Shown here: one piece after another, positions 14,601 through 31,379 of the stretch | How the letters are laid out: each line of letters opens with the position of its first letter | How positions within the stretch are numbered: position 1 is the stretch's first letter | DNA from: Tubulanus polymorphus | Taxonomy: Eukaryota; Animalia; Nemertea | Assembly: GCF_964204645.1 (NCBI RefSeq) | Contig: NC_134026.1 | Span: 1,325,950-1,389,949, forward strand | DNA length: 64,000 nucleotides | Direction: 5' to 3' | Program-made: the position numbers and the translations under genes | The notes under the pieces: model-generated | Told to the model about the DNA's origin: nothing | Databases searched by the model: none | The model's input: the letters and a program-made list of their open reading frames with translations, nothing else

Positions 14601-15109
14601 GCTTTAAGAAATTATGTACCATCTTGTACGCAATTACCTTGAACTAGTACTATTCTTTGAACACTTATTGTTGTAACGGGTACACGTGCTCTTTTCAACT
14701 ACTGTAGATAATTTGCCTTCAATTGGAAAACCATTTTTCTTAATTTTTTAACAAAAACCGATAATATTTCGATGATGTTGGATCGAATTCTTGTTGTTGA
14801 TTATATCGTTCCGATGTTGGGCTAGACCCTGTTATTCTACTATATATAAATAGACGTTGTTACGAGAAAATGCCGAATACTATTTTATTTATAGTTCTTA
14901 GGAAAAAATATACCTTTAATCATGAACTTATATTCAAATTATTATCAACTTGTATTTAATTAATATCTACACGATTGTAATTTTTGGTCCTTTCGTTAAA
15001 TCGAATTTGTCGTTGTAAATAGTTTTTTCTAGAAAATTCGCCATAATTTTTTCATCTAACATTGAATTGTTTTCATCATTCGTTTCATCTAGTAGAAATG
15101 TCAACAATT

Positions 15110-15220
15110 ATGATAATGATAATAATAATTATAACGATAAAACCGATTATAATTATGAATAATCAATGATAATGATAATAATCGATAAAATAATGATTAT
15201 TATTGATATAATTATGATAA
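15110..15220. repeat. Degenerate (ATA/ATG)n low-complexity tract
   Basis: Runs of gataat/aataat. Confidence 0.6.
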
Positions 15221-15597
15221 TATATTCTTTACTTGTACATAGCGTACACGATATATTATTGCTCATTATAATTAATGAATTGATATTGTTAAGTAGTTTA
15301 TCAACAGAAAATGTTTAGGTTATGTATAATATAATATAATATTTATCTATTTATGAATTGATCAATGATTTTGTTGCATTGTAATGTAATAATATTGTTA
15401 ATTTGAGGACAATTTGTGGAAGTGAAAAGTTCCGTGTTTTTGCCGTTTGTTCCCGTTTGTTCCGTGTGGCTTTGTAGAATGCCTGTCTCTACAACCATTG
15501 TAATTGATAAATCTTCAGAAAATCGAAATCGTTTTCAAAATTTGATAACTGTACATATAAACATCGTCTTGTATAGAAGTTGTCCGTGGTCTTTTAG

Positions 15598-15665
15598 TTA
15601 TTACTATTATCATTATTATTACCATAATAATAATCATAATAATAACTATTATTATTATTATTATA
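15598..15665. repeat. (TAT)n/(AAT)n trinucleotide low-complexity tract
   Basis: ttattactattatcattattat...aataataatcataataataactattattattattat; explains the spurious Y/N-rich ORF 15416-15697. Confidence 0.75.
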
Positions 15666-17110
15666 ACAGCAACGTGTTTATAAATAAGAAACAGTGAACA
15701 TTTGTTTGGGTTAAAATAAAGAGCGGAGATATATTTTTCTACGAGTATAAAAAAAAAACAAATTGCCGATTAAAGCACATGAGTACAATCTATATAAAAT
15801 ATTATCTTTTCTTCTGGCTTTTTAAAAAACCCACGCGCACACATATCTGCGTCTGTTGATTTGAGATTTAATTCGTTCAAAAATATGCTCGTTAAAACCA
15901 AACGAAAATGCTGTGATCAATTTAGAGTTGCGATGACACAACTGAATTAATGTTTTAATACATTGGATCAATGGATTTTTCTATAGGATTTTTTCTTAAA
16001 ACTCGAATGTCTTCGAAAACGAAAATCTAAGTCTTAACGATGAACAGGATTTTTATGTTTGATGATTTTAATCCTAGATATATTTTGTATTAAAGAACCG
16101 AGCATGCTTTCATCAAGATTTGTAATGTAAACTATTTATTATTAATATGTAAAGTAAAGTTGTGTTAGTGTCTGTGCAGTGCCTGCATGTTACTCGTTAC
16201 AAATGTTTAAAATACCGCATCCCGATCATAAACTCTCTATTTATTCAAGTTATGTTGTTTAGATTCAAAAAGTGTGAATTTGAAGAAAATCTGATTGATG
16301 GTAATCTGTATGAAGGTGATAATGCAGGGTTCTTGCTCAGTCACATGACTATATTAGGTCTGTGATAGCTGGTCTAGCGATTTTGTGTGTGCCACTTTGT
16401 ATCTTGAAATAGACTCCACCTCAGTTCTAGATTGTATTTTAATAACTACTTCTTCGAAAAAGATTGCTATTTAAATAAAAACTCAACGGGCCAGAAATAA
16501 ATTTGTTATGTTTTCGTTATTCTGCCGGTGTTATGAAGTAGTGAGGATTTCGTTACTGAAGTAAATCCCGCCCGGTGACGAGCTACCAACTAATCCTTCT
16601 AGAATATACAACTGCCTTCGTAAACTTCAAAAAGCAATCGACGTTTTTTTCAAAACACATTGAATCCATGATCAATGTAGTCGCAGTCCACCGGACTCGA
16701 GCCTATCATCAAAACCAGGATTTCACAGATTCGACCATTGATACCCCGATCTATATTTCCTTATTAGGAAGTTAAGGCCAACATATTTTACTCATCTGCG
16801 TCTATTTGCAAATCAAGTATATTTCCTAATTTGTCAGTTTACCGTCACCTCTATTATTTTTCCAGGTGACGCAATCTATGATCGTTACTCACAGCATTAT
16901 CATCTTATTTTCTTCACGAATTGATTAAGAGTTGATTATATATTAATATATGCAAAACTCAAACGGTTTACGGTTTATAGATTTTATCTTTTGACTTATA
17001 ATGAACACGCTATAAAGAATTGAAAGAATTCCTTATTGACAATTTTAAAAGCTTTGACTTCTTAATTGCAGCCATTATTTTATGATGCGTGGTTGAGCTA
17101 TTTTTGACTT

Positions 17111-17337
17111 GTAAATTCCCTTTTTTATTTTGAAGACTGTGTAGGAATTTTTCAGTAGTTTCAATGTAATTATGTTTTGCTACTGTTAAAGTCCCCGACG
17201 CCTCTTTTGGGGCTTTTCTCTTCTTATGCGGTGATTTTCCATCGACGCGTGGAAATTTACGAACAAATTACAAAAGTATACAAATCATAACGAACTAGGA
17301 AGTAGTTCTGGAATTACCCGCGTCGAAGTGTATTTAA
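17111..17337 (+). promoter_or_regulatory. IL-17 promoter: cluster of kappaB-like motifs and a TATA-like box
   Basis: GTAAATTCCC (17111), AAAGTCCCC (17188), GGGGCTTTTC (17209), GGTGATTTTCC (17230), GGAAATTTAC (17251), GGAATTACCC (17310), then TATTTAA (17331). Each is an imperfect match to GGGRNWYYCC on one strand. Confidence 0.55.
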
Positions 17338-17451
17338 GCGCACCATGTGTCCAGAGATCAACATTAATTCAGAAATCATCTGATCGTTGCAGAGATCGCG
17401 GATCAATAACACTTTACTCGATTCTATCCGAAACTAAATCTATTTTCAAAT

Positions 17452-18191
17452 ATGAAGGTAATAAATTCAAACAGTTACTTTTCAGAAATAAATCGTACAA
17501 AAACGCGAGATGTACTGATATGATACTCATATAAGCTGTTTGAATGTTTATCTAACGAAATTAGTCGTTTAATCATGTTCAATTATATAATATTCCTTTT
17601 TCTATTTTTTTATAGGTAACACAATTTCTTATCGGAACATTGTCAACAGTGATGCTGGCCCTGATGGCTTTCACTCGTGGCGCACCAGTAAAATCTTGCA
17701 AGATGCCAAAACCAGCGGACTTAGCGGCCTATCTCCAGAAGCTTTCTCAGTCTGCAGAACCAGGATTTTTCGCAATGGCATCTTCTGATCAGATTCCAGC
17801 TACGGCTCAGTCTCCTTTCGCCACATCAATACCGGTGACAACAGAGAAACCCCAATGCCCGAACACAATGGCGTCCGGCGCCGAACCTGATGTGGCCAAG
17901 CGTTCTGTATGTCCGTGGGTACCTGTAGTCGATACAAATTCGACGCGATACCCAGAAAAGATTGTCAAAGCTCGATGTGTTTGCGACAAGTGTTTGTCGG
18001 GAGGTAATAACTTGGCACGCTGTGAGCACATTCTGATGATGATGACCGTTTTGGAAAAGGTCGGTTGCGAGAATGGAATTTGGAAATACAGAAGTACACA
18101 AATACAAGTCCCTGTCGGATGCGCATGCGCCGTTCAGAGGACTGCCTCAGTATCTAACGTTATCCTCGGCGGCTTGTTTAACTCTCATTAA
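17452..18191 (+). CDS. IL17: Interleukin-17 family cytokine (secreted cystine knot)
   Basis: Exon 1 is ATG AAG (17452-17457), followed by a GT-AG intron and exon 2 (17616-18191) in frame. Signal peptide MKVTQFLIGTLSTVMLALMAFTRG. IL-17 signature RSVCPW...RYPEKIVKARCVCDKC...C...VPVGCAC. Confidence 0.93.
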
Positions 18192-18527
18192 GACCTGTTT
18201 AAATAGTTTACCGGCAGCTCCGAATTAACACAACTATTGCAAGTAGGAATGTAACACATTAAGTATTTTGTCACAAGCAACAACATATTTCCATTTGAAA
18301 TTACGCGATGCGTTTCTTTCAAAGCTGGTTTATCTAGCATTTTCCCATTTTCTTTCCGTTGTATTTTCATTTCGTCGAATTTAACTTACAATATGGTCTA
18401 ACGGGTGCATTTATTCTCGAAAGTGAGTTTTGTGGTAACAATTCTATTTTCGGATTTTTTAGATGTATATATTTATCTATTTGTATATAACGCTTTTTGA
18501 ATGCTTTATTCCTGCTTCGGTGTTCAA

Positions 18528-18529
<2 letters not shown>

Positions 18530-18563
<34 letters not shown>
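18530..18563. repeat. (TA)n microsatellite
   Basis: Interrupted TA dinucleotide run downstream of IL-17. Confidence 0.85.
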
Positions 18564-18564
<1 letters not shown>

Positions 18565-19088
18565 TGCTCTGTGATAGTAACATATTGTCATATTATATGC
18601 TGAAAAAGTATTGTTTTTGACGAGTAACCTACTGATCGTCAGATTTTATTGTTTTGTATAGTTTTCTAAATTATTACTGGTTTATGTGTTTTTTGTATTA
18701 GAGATATTTTTCCAATAATCGATGTTATGGAATTTTGTACTGCCATTTGAAATGTATTTTGTTTCTTTTGATACGTCACGATATATTGATGTTTTACGTA
18801 GGGTTGAGGCATACCTACCGCTCGGGAAAGAAACTCAATTTTGAACTTGAAATGTTTATATATTTTTACCTGAAATTATGATACTATTTTATATTATTCG
18901 TAATAAATTATCATTATTAATAAAATATCGTGTTTGCGTATGTTTCTTTTGTTTTTCCCATCCCTTGCCCGCACCGGGAAGACCCGCATGTTACAAGGAA
19001 ATAGTGACTCTAAACAAACAAATCTATTCGATTTTTCATTATGAACATCTACCGCGTTGTGGATTTCAAATAGATTTTATGCAGAATG

Positions 19089-19237
<149 letters not shown>

Positions 19238-19404
19238 GATTGAAATGGAGATTCTGTCTACGTGAAATAAGGAATTCCCAATGAAGCACGGTGATAAAAG
19301 GTTTCTCAAACACCACACGAAAAATACTGTGAATGATTTATAAAAACAAAAATCAAGAAATATAATCTGTGCTTTGTATATATAATATCATCGATGGAGG
19401 AGTT

Positions 19405-19553
19405 ATAAACACGAGAAATCCCACAATAAATATAGCCGCCAAAACCATAGTCAGTGCACCTGATGTTGGTTAATAGTCTTGCGCAGATATATATACTCTT
19501 CTATTCAAGTTTCTCATTTTGGTTGAATTTATTGTGGGATTTCTCGCGTTTAT
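19405..19553. mobile_element. Inverted-repeat (MITE-like) element upstream of the TRAF-like gene
   Basis: 19405-19431 ATAAACACGAGAAATCCCACAATAAAT is the reverse complement of 19527-19553 ATTTATTGTGGGATTTCTCGCGTTTAT with 1 mismatch in 27 nt. Confidence 0.65.
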
Positions 19554-20056
19554 TCATCATGCACGGATATTGTCTTCGCGTCTCGTCTCATCATGGAGGG
19601 GTCATGTCTAGGACGAGAAATGGCGGAGGAGTTTCGTAGTTTATTCAAGTGTCTCGTTTAGGCTCAACTGTAACTTCGGGACAATGATTAATCAAAGGCG
19701 ACGCGGCTTATGTTCGATCAGTCATAAACGTTTCTACGTTGATTATTGTATGTTAACTTTGACAAACTGACACAACAGAAATATTGAGAATCGGCACACT
19801 GAACACTAGATACACTAATAATACGAGACGATCGGGGGGGGGGGGGGGGGAAATTTAACAAATTAGTGAGCCGTATGAGATACTCATAAACCAACAAACC
19901 ACTAACTGTGCTAATTGATGTCACAATGGGTTGTTTATGTTTTCAAGTCGACACGCTGAATGAGGAGAGTTGTAGTGCTCAAAGTCGGGTATATATTTGG
20001 CACACTGGACGAAACAGTTCATTATAGTTGACGCACGCACGACCAACGAACAGAAA

Positions 20057-20968
20057 ATGGATATCATAGTGGATGCTACGAGTAATGTTATACTTTCAGA
20101 CGACGAAATTCACTTCGAACCAGAACTGGATCGAAAGTATTCGTGTCCGGTGTGTATATCAGTTCTGAAAGATCCAGTACAAACGAGATGTGGACATCGA
20201 TTCTGTACAAGTTGCATCGCCGGAGCGGTCAGACGACAGGATATGATACGCTGTCCAGTCGACAATACCTGGATTCATCGGGAAAACGATGTTTTCTTGG
20301 ATACAGCTGTTAAACGTGAAATACTATCGCTGGTGACGCTGTGTTCGAACACCGCCAGTGGATGCTCGTGGAAAGGAGAGTTTCGTGATTTTGACGATCA
20401 TAACGCTGTTTGCCTATTTGCCAGTGTGCCATGTCCGTGTAGTTGCGGACATACGTGCCAGAGACAGAACTTGTTCCAGCATTTATTGTTGTGCCCGAAT
20501 CGCCTGGAACCTTGTCAACACTGTCACGAAAATGTGGCGGCGATGATCATGACGAAACATCTGTTGTTACACTGCCCGAAATTCCCGGTCAATTGCTCGT
20601 TGTGCGGAGAAAGTGGAATTCTTCGCGAGGACATTTCGCGTCATACCGACCGTGAAGTGGGCACGTGTCCTCGTGCGGTAGTCAACTGTCAGTACGCGTG
20701 GCTAGGATGTAAAAGCCAGCGACAACGCGATATCATCTCGCTGCATTACGAAGACGATGCGGCCGCTCATGTGGAAATACTATCGAGATTCGTTTCGACT
20801 CTAGCAGAATCGCAGAAACAAAACAGTACCGTAATTCAAGAATACAAAACAAAATGCGAAACTATGAGTATTCAATTGCAGCGTCAGGAACGCAGACTTT
20901 CGGAACAAGAGAGGACAATCGCTGTCCAGTGTGAACAACTGAAACAAATAAAACTTAACTCTAAATAA
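20057..20968 (+). CDS. Intronless TRAF6-like RING + TRAF zinc fingers + coiled coil, lacking the MATH/TRAF-C domain
   Basis: First ATG at 20057 within ORF 19997-20968. RING segment FEPELDRKYSCPVC...VQTRCGHRFCTSCI...CPVDN...DTAVKREILSL closely follows the TRAF6 pattern. It is followed by tandem CxxC...H...C zinc fingers and a heptad-rich tail ending at TAA, then AT-rich sequence. Confidence 0.88.
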   Translation: MDIIVDATSNVILSDDEIHFEPELDRKYSCPVCISVLKDPVQTRCGHRFCTSCIAGAVRRQDMIRCPVDNTWIHRENDVFLDTAVKREILSLVTLCSNTASGCSWKGEFRDFDDHNAVCLFASVPCPCSCGHTCQRQNLFQHLLLCPNRLEPCQHCHENVAAMIMTKHLLLHCPKFPVNCSLCGESGILREDISRHTDREVGTCPRAVVNCQYAWLGCKSQRQRDIISLHYEDDAAAHVEILSRFVSTLAESQKQNSTVIQEYKTKCETMSIQLQRQERRLSEQERTIAVQCEQLKQIKLNSK

Positions 20969-21519
20969 ATAAGAAAAAACTTTGTTTCGGACACTCAATT
21001 TATGTATATATTATATGCATTTTATCTAACTTTAAATGAAATTTAAAATGTTTCTGTGCATCTGGCCGATTTTCATGCCTATGTCTTTCCTTACTAACGA
21101 TGCTAAATATATCTTAAAACAAGTTTTATATATTAACAGTGGTAAAACGTTGATTATCAATTTGAATGAGTGATAATGATTTTTTGTACATATTCCTATT
21201 CATTATAAATGTCATCTGTAACGAAAATAAAATACTTTTGAAAATATCTGTATCAATTGAATAAATTTACGTTAAAGTCTTTTCTATATTTGGACGTTTG
21301 TTGTCATTCTATTAGTATAGATGTCTATGCTGGTATGCACAATTCATTTTAAGGTAAAGCCAACAGGTGGCGCGGCTAATTTCACGACTCAATAAGACGT
21401 CATTTTCCACGACTGTTTGACAAGGTGGATGGATTGGGAGAGATTTCACTAAAGAGATCGCAGGCAAACTCATGATTTAAATTAACCTTTCACTCAAGAA
21501 CTTAACTTCTGATCTTTGG

Positions 21520-21580
21520 CTGAATTATTTTGGGATTTCTCTCGTATTCATCTTACGCGAATATTGTGTATCTCATCAAC
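21520..21580 (+). repeat. Diverged copy of the right arm of the 19405-19590 element
   Basis: TGAATTATTTTGGGATTTCTCTCGTATTCATCTTACGCGAATATTGT aligns by eye with TGAATTTATTGTGGGATTTCTCGCGTTTATTCATCATGCACGGATATTGT at ~19524-19573. Confidence 0.55.
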
Positions 21581-22565
21581 TTCGATTTGGAATGTGATGC
21601 GCTTGAAAGGAGGTGCGCTGGGAAGGATAAGGAATAAGGGATGTTATTTGATGAACAGATTTTACACTTTTCTACAATCATAATATACAAATCCCACTCT
21701 CAGAATGTAAAATCATGTTCCCTCAGCCAGCAATTTATTCTATAGTTTAGACTATATCCTAATAGTCATCTTAAGGAAGACGATTGAAGTTTTATAGTTT
21801 CTGGAGATGACTGCAGTGTATCAACGTCGAAACGATAAATTAACTGCGAACTCAATGACTATATTCTGCATTCCTAATGTGGAATTTTCATACTTTTGCC
21901 TCAACATGGACAGAGTGTCAGAGCCTCAGCAGTTTCAAGCCCTAATGTTCATCCTATTGACTTGTCATCCATGTCACCATCATCCTTCCAATTTAGTTGT
22001 CACGTGGTAAGGCAATTTCCTCCTGTTTTTGTCAACTAATATTTATATATACATGTCTCATTATCGATAGAAACAAAAGAGAACGAGCCGTTTGTTAGTA
22101 TAATATAAAAGATAACCAATTTATTAAAACTGCTGACAGCTTCGAAGATTACATAAATGTTCACAATAGCATACTTTGTATAGAAATTTTCGGAAACTTT
22201 GGTAATTTTATTTCAAATTGATTACTCGATTACATCCTCTATATTATATAGACTCAAATGTTTGACTGACCGCTTGCAAAGGTATAAATAAATCAAAATG
22301 AGACAAACACACGTCATACGCGCGTCATTAAAAATTGCACTGTGAAAATTTGGAAAAATAGTAGAACAAAAATTGCCTCGTATTAGTTCCGGGACGATCA
22401 GATATGCCTCCTCATTTCAAAGCAATACCTTTACATCAGAGCATAAATGCAAACAGTTAAATTAGTAATAGCAGTAAAATTATCACAATCCAAGCGGTGA
22501 CCACTGAAATGCGACTTCATACACTTGTTTGTGTAGATGATGCCGAGTTCAATGATCGAACGAAA

Positions 22566-24531
<1,966 letters not shown>

Positions 24532-24691
24532 TTAGTAAATTAGAATATGGAAGAGCAGCGATGAACAAGCACCCGATTCTGGCGGTTCGTTGGCAAAGAA
24601 GATCGGACAGCCGAGTGATGGTATTGAAACCCTCGAGCGCTGAATAGCCAGAATTGGATGACAGCTGTTTGATTCGACGCAAACGAAATTT

Positions 24692-25414
24692 CCTTATATG
24701 GAAATGCCGACGATCATCATCATAAATGTATGGTGTACCATAATAGTTCCGATGTAAAAGCATTGTGTTTTTCAGTGGATGTAGGTTAGCGAATATACAG
24801 TTCGTGAAAACTAGAGTTCTACAATTGCAGGTCACAATTATATCCTCCAACGCTAGTTAACCTCGTCTCATTCAAAGAATTATTTACGCAAAAGACATTT
24901 TCTTCATACATAAAAAAATCGAAAGCCTCGTTGTTTTAATTTCAAAGCCATTTATGAATACCGAAGGCCACCTTATTTTGTGAATGAAATTTATAAAATT
25001 TTCGAAGTTGTTCGTTAAATTTAGCTTCTGAGAATTATAAGCATGGAATAGTAAGTGTTCTAGATTATTGGAAATGATCGAGGCAGCATTCACAGTGCGT
25101 CAGATGGTATCCGCCCAGTGCTGTGTCATCAGCAGTTTATTGAGCGCGCGACACCATGTTATAACCATATATGGCAAACAAGCCGGCTAACTGACGATTA
25201 GTACTGCGCAGAACTGAATGTAGAAACCAATAACTGTAACGCACTTTCCCTTTAATACCTATAATAAATTCGTGCCAATTGCGGTTAATTTCATCGTCAG
25301 AACATTGGGAATATACGACGATTCGTAGGTTACTTTGTTTTGGCGTGACCTCAGTGCACAAGTTGGCGCGGCACAGAGGCACATAATAGCTGTGCGATTT
25401 ATGCCCATATAAGG
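24692..25414. promoter_or_regulatory. CArG (SRF) boxes in the divergent actin A/B promoter region
   Basis: Perfect CC(A/T)6GG at 24692 (CCTTATATGG), 25165 (CCATATATGG) and 25405 (CCATATAAGG). CAGCTG E-box at 24662. Confidence 0.8.
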
Positions 25415-25465
25415 AAGTCCAGGGTTTGACAAGCGCGAATGAATGATAGCGCCGGTGCCGGCTGA

Positions 25466-27231
<1,766 letters not shown>

Positions 27232-28576
27232 ACTAATCAAATGGACATAAATTATCATTTTTTCAAAATTTCTTAACGAAAAAACAATGTCTCAACCTCT
27301 TTGTGTTCATTCGCACATTCTGTTTCACACCAACACGCCACCTAGCGTAAGTAATTCATGATATTTTAGGCGGATCCAAGGTCTCGAAATACTTTTGTAT
27401 TGTGTTACATATATACTTAAATTAAATATTATTTATTAACGACAATTGAGTTCTTCGACTTTATTTCCCAACATGTCTGAGTGTGTTCGGTTGTCTACGG
27501 GGTATTAGGACAATGCGTTCATTATAAACAAAAGGAACCCGACGACCGTACAAGAACTTGAACCGAGGATTTAATAAGTCAGTCCCTTAGATACACAACC
27601 ATACGAATTAGAATAACCACATGTTTAATGAGCACGCTATTGGAACTTGACAAATAATTCTTTATCGAAACACGAAGCGTTAATAGCATCCGCCTTTCGT
27701 GGAATGAAGAGTTTGCATCCGGAGCGTTTCAAAATGTGAATAATCACTGCGACACTTATTGAGGGTTGCCCACGCTTATATTTCAGCGAATGTTTACAAG
27801 TTTTGTAAAGCTAATTAATTCAACTCTCCTCTAAAATGTATATGCAACGTGATGCCGTGTTTCATATCCATTTGTCGGGTCATCCAGGGTTTAGTGCTAG
27901 TGACTACGCAGTTGTCACAACAACACTGGGTATTCAAAAGTTCAAGTCAAGTAAATCTATTTCACTGAAAAGACAAAATGCATGTGTTCAATCATGGCCT
28001 ATATTATATAAACTACAGTGCAGTTATTTGAAAAAGGTTTTGGATGATTCTAAACTTTTGAATTAATATTCTGTACAGTACATAGTGATAATTCATGCAT
28101 TGTTATGAGGGCCAAGCAAAGCCTATATATGGACGTTGACCACGCGATCGCTCAGAATGAGAGCAAAATTAGGTTGATAGAGTTACATGCATATTTTCAA
28201 TTTTCAATGTGAGAAGCGATTACTGAGTAGAAGGAAATGAGATATGATTTGATATTGAGTATTTACAACGCACAATGGTTTCAAACAATATTTATATTTA
28301 TCACATATCCTGGATCCTCGTCAATCCGGTGTTTGACGGTTACATTGTCTGACGTGTTGTTTTTCGCCGCATATTTAGGAGGTTGCAACGGATACCGGGA
28401 AGAGTTGACCCAAATTTCCTCCTAACGATGACGAATAACTTCCCAGTTGGGTTGTTTTAAAAGACCGAGCTTATGCTAATTCTACATATATTTTGCTTTT
28501 AATTATGATCGGGGACCAAACATGTTGGGTATGCGGGTATGTAGAACCGAGGCCGTGTCACCTGGAGTTCACAAAT

Positions 28577-28930
28577 CCATATAAGGATTTTGTCAGTTAT
28601 CAGTCACGCGACTTTAATTGCAGCTTGTATCGCCAAATATCTCTCCACATTGATAAGATATTCGATGAAATATACAAAAAGGAAAAAAAAAGAGAACGCG
28701 AAATAAATGGCAAAAGCCGATTACCGCCGATATCAAATTAACGGTTTTCTAGTTGTTAATGTCACATTCTTTAGTAACAGACGGCTCGCGATATATAAGT
28801 ATACATAGTAATATAGGTCTATTGAATATCCGGGAGCAAGCCTAAACAGACGGGTTTTATATCTATTCAAATGCGGAAATGTAATTGAATGGCCTATATA
28901 ATAGGCCCGCAAAATTTTTACCATATAAGG
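28577..28930 (+). promoter_or_regulatory. CArG boxes upstream of actin C
   Basis: CCATATAAGG at 28577-28586 and 28921-28930; near-CArG CCTATATATGG at 28122. Confidence 0.8.
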
Positions 28931-29052
28931 CAATAGTTTAGCTCGGGGATTTTCGAATGGCTGGGTTTATAAGTCCGTCCGAACTGGCGAGACCGCACTT
29001 CCTACTAAGCTGTCGGGAGAGAGACTTGTGTCTATCGGAATTTATTGCTTGA

Positions 29053-30365
<1,313 letters not shown>

Positions 30366-30639
30366 TTTCTTTATAGACTTTAATGACAAATAATGTGATA
30401 AGAAAAGATGTGTGCAGTGATATAGTTTTGCTCAATCATTAAGCCACACGAACATGCTTCATTGCGATCGCTAGAACAAACTCCCTTCAATAGACGTTTT
30501 CTGTTATCTATATAATTTATGAATTATGTGTATTTCAGAGAATTTCCTCGAATGTTATGTATTTTCTATTAAACAGACTGAATAAAATGATATTAAGATT
30601 ATTATTGAGTTAGCATTGTGTTTTATTTCATATCGTCTC

Positions 30640-31095
30640 CCGTTGACATCGGATGAGGACTTCGTGATATCGAGGACTAGACTTTCCAAGGACCCACTTA
30701 CCACCTTATAAAACAACTCCGACTATCAAAATGAGATATAGTTAAAACTTATTTGCGTAACTTTTCATTTTGATGAGGACAAGAGGATTTTTTATGTCTT
30801 ACCAATATATCTTCATCTTGACAAACAGTTTTTTTAGTTCTCTGGCAAAACACTGAATTGAGGACCCGACAGGTAAAGAATGTATGCTGAGAATTAAACC
30901 CGAGTTTAGGGAGTCTAAATAGGTATAGTATAAGAGGACTTAATGAGCCCTGGCATCAGTGGTCTACAGATTATAATCACAGCAGTGTCGATGGATCTTA
31001 CGGATGGATCGCGCATTTTAAGATAGAGTTTGTCCCCGTTAATCATTTGATAGGTAGATTTCGTCTGATTTGCTTTGATTTCGTGTCCCTTATAA
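30640..31095. mobile_element. Possible non-autonomous DNA transposon remnant with dispersed GAGGAC / GTCCC subterminal motifs
   Basis: (G)AGGAC recurs at ~30655, 30672, 30689, 30775, 30860 and 30934; inverted GTCCC occurs at ~31032 and ~31085. No clean TIR or TSD identified. Confidence 0.3.
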
Positions 31096-31379
31096 ACCTA
31101 CTACACCTACCGAGTGAAGATGGGGTAAGATTCTGAAATCGAATTCGTAGTACAGATATAGTTGTGTGATCGGCGGTCGATTTTTCTGTTTGAATCGATG
31201 TACATAATTGGGTAAATTCGATTCCGGTCCCATCTTCAAGCAGGGATGTGTACTTCCCTGCTTCAAACAACTGATTTGGGGCAGCGACTTTCCATAAATT
31301 GGAATAGTGTTCGACCACACCACATTGAATGGTGGCAGCACTATACGGTAATTTGAAAGTAAAGGCTGTGTCAGTTCTG

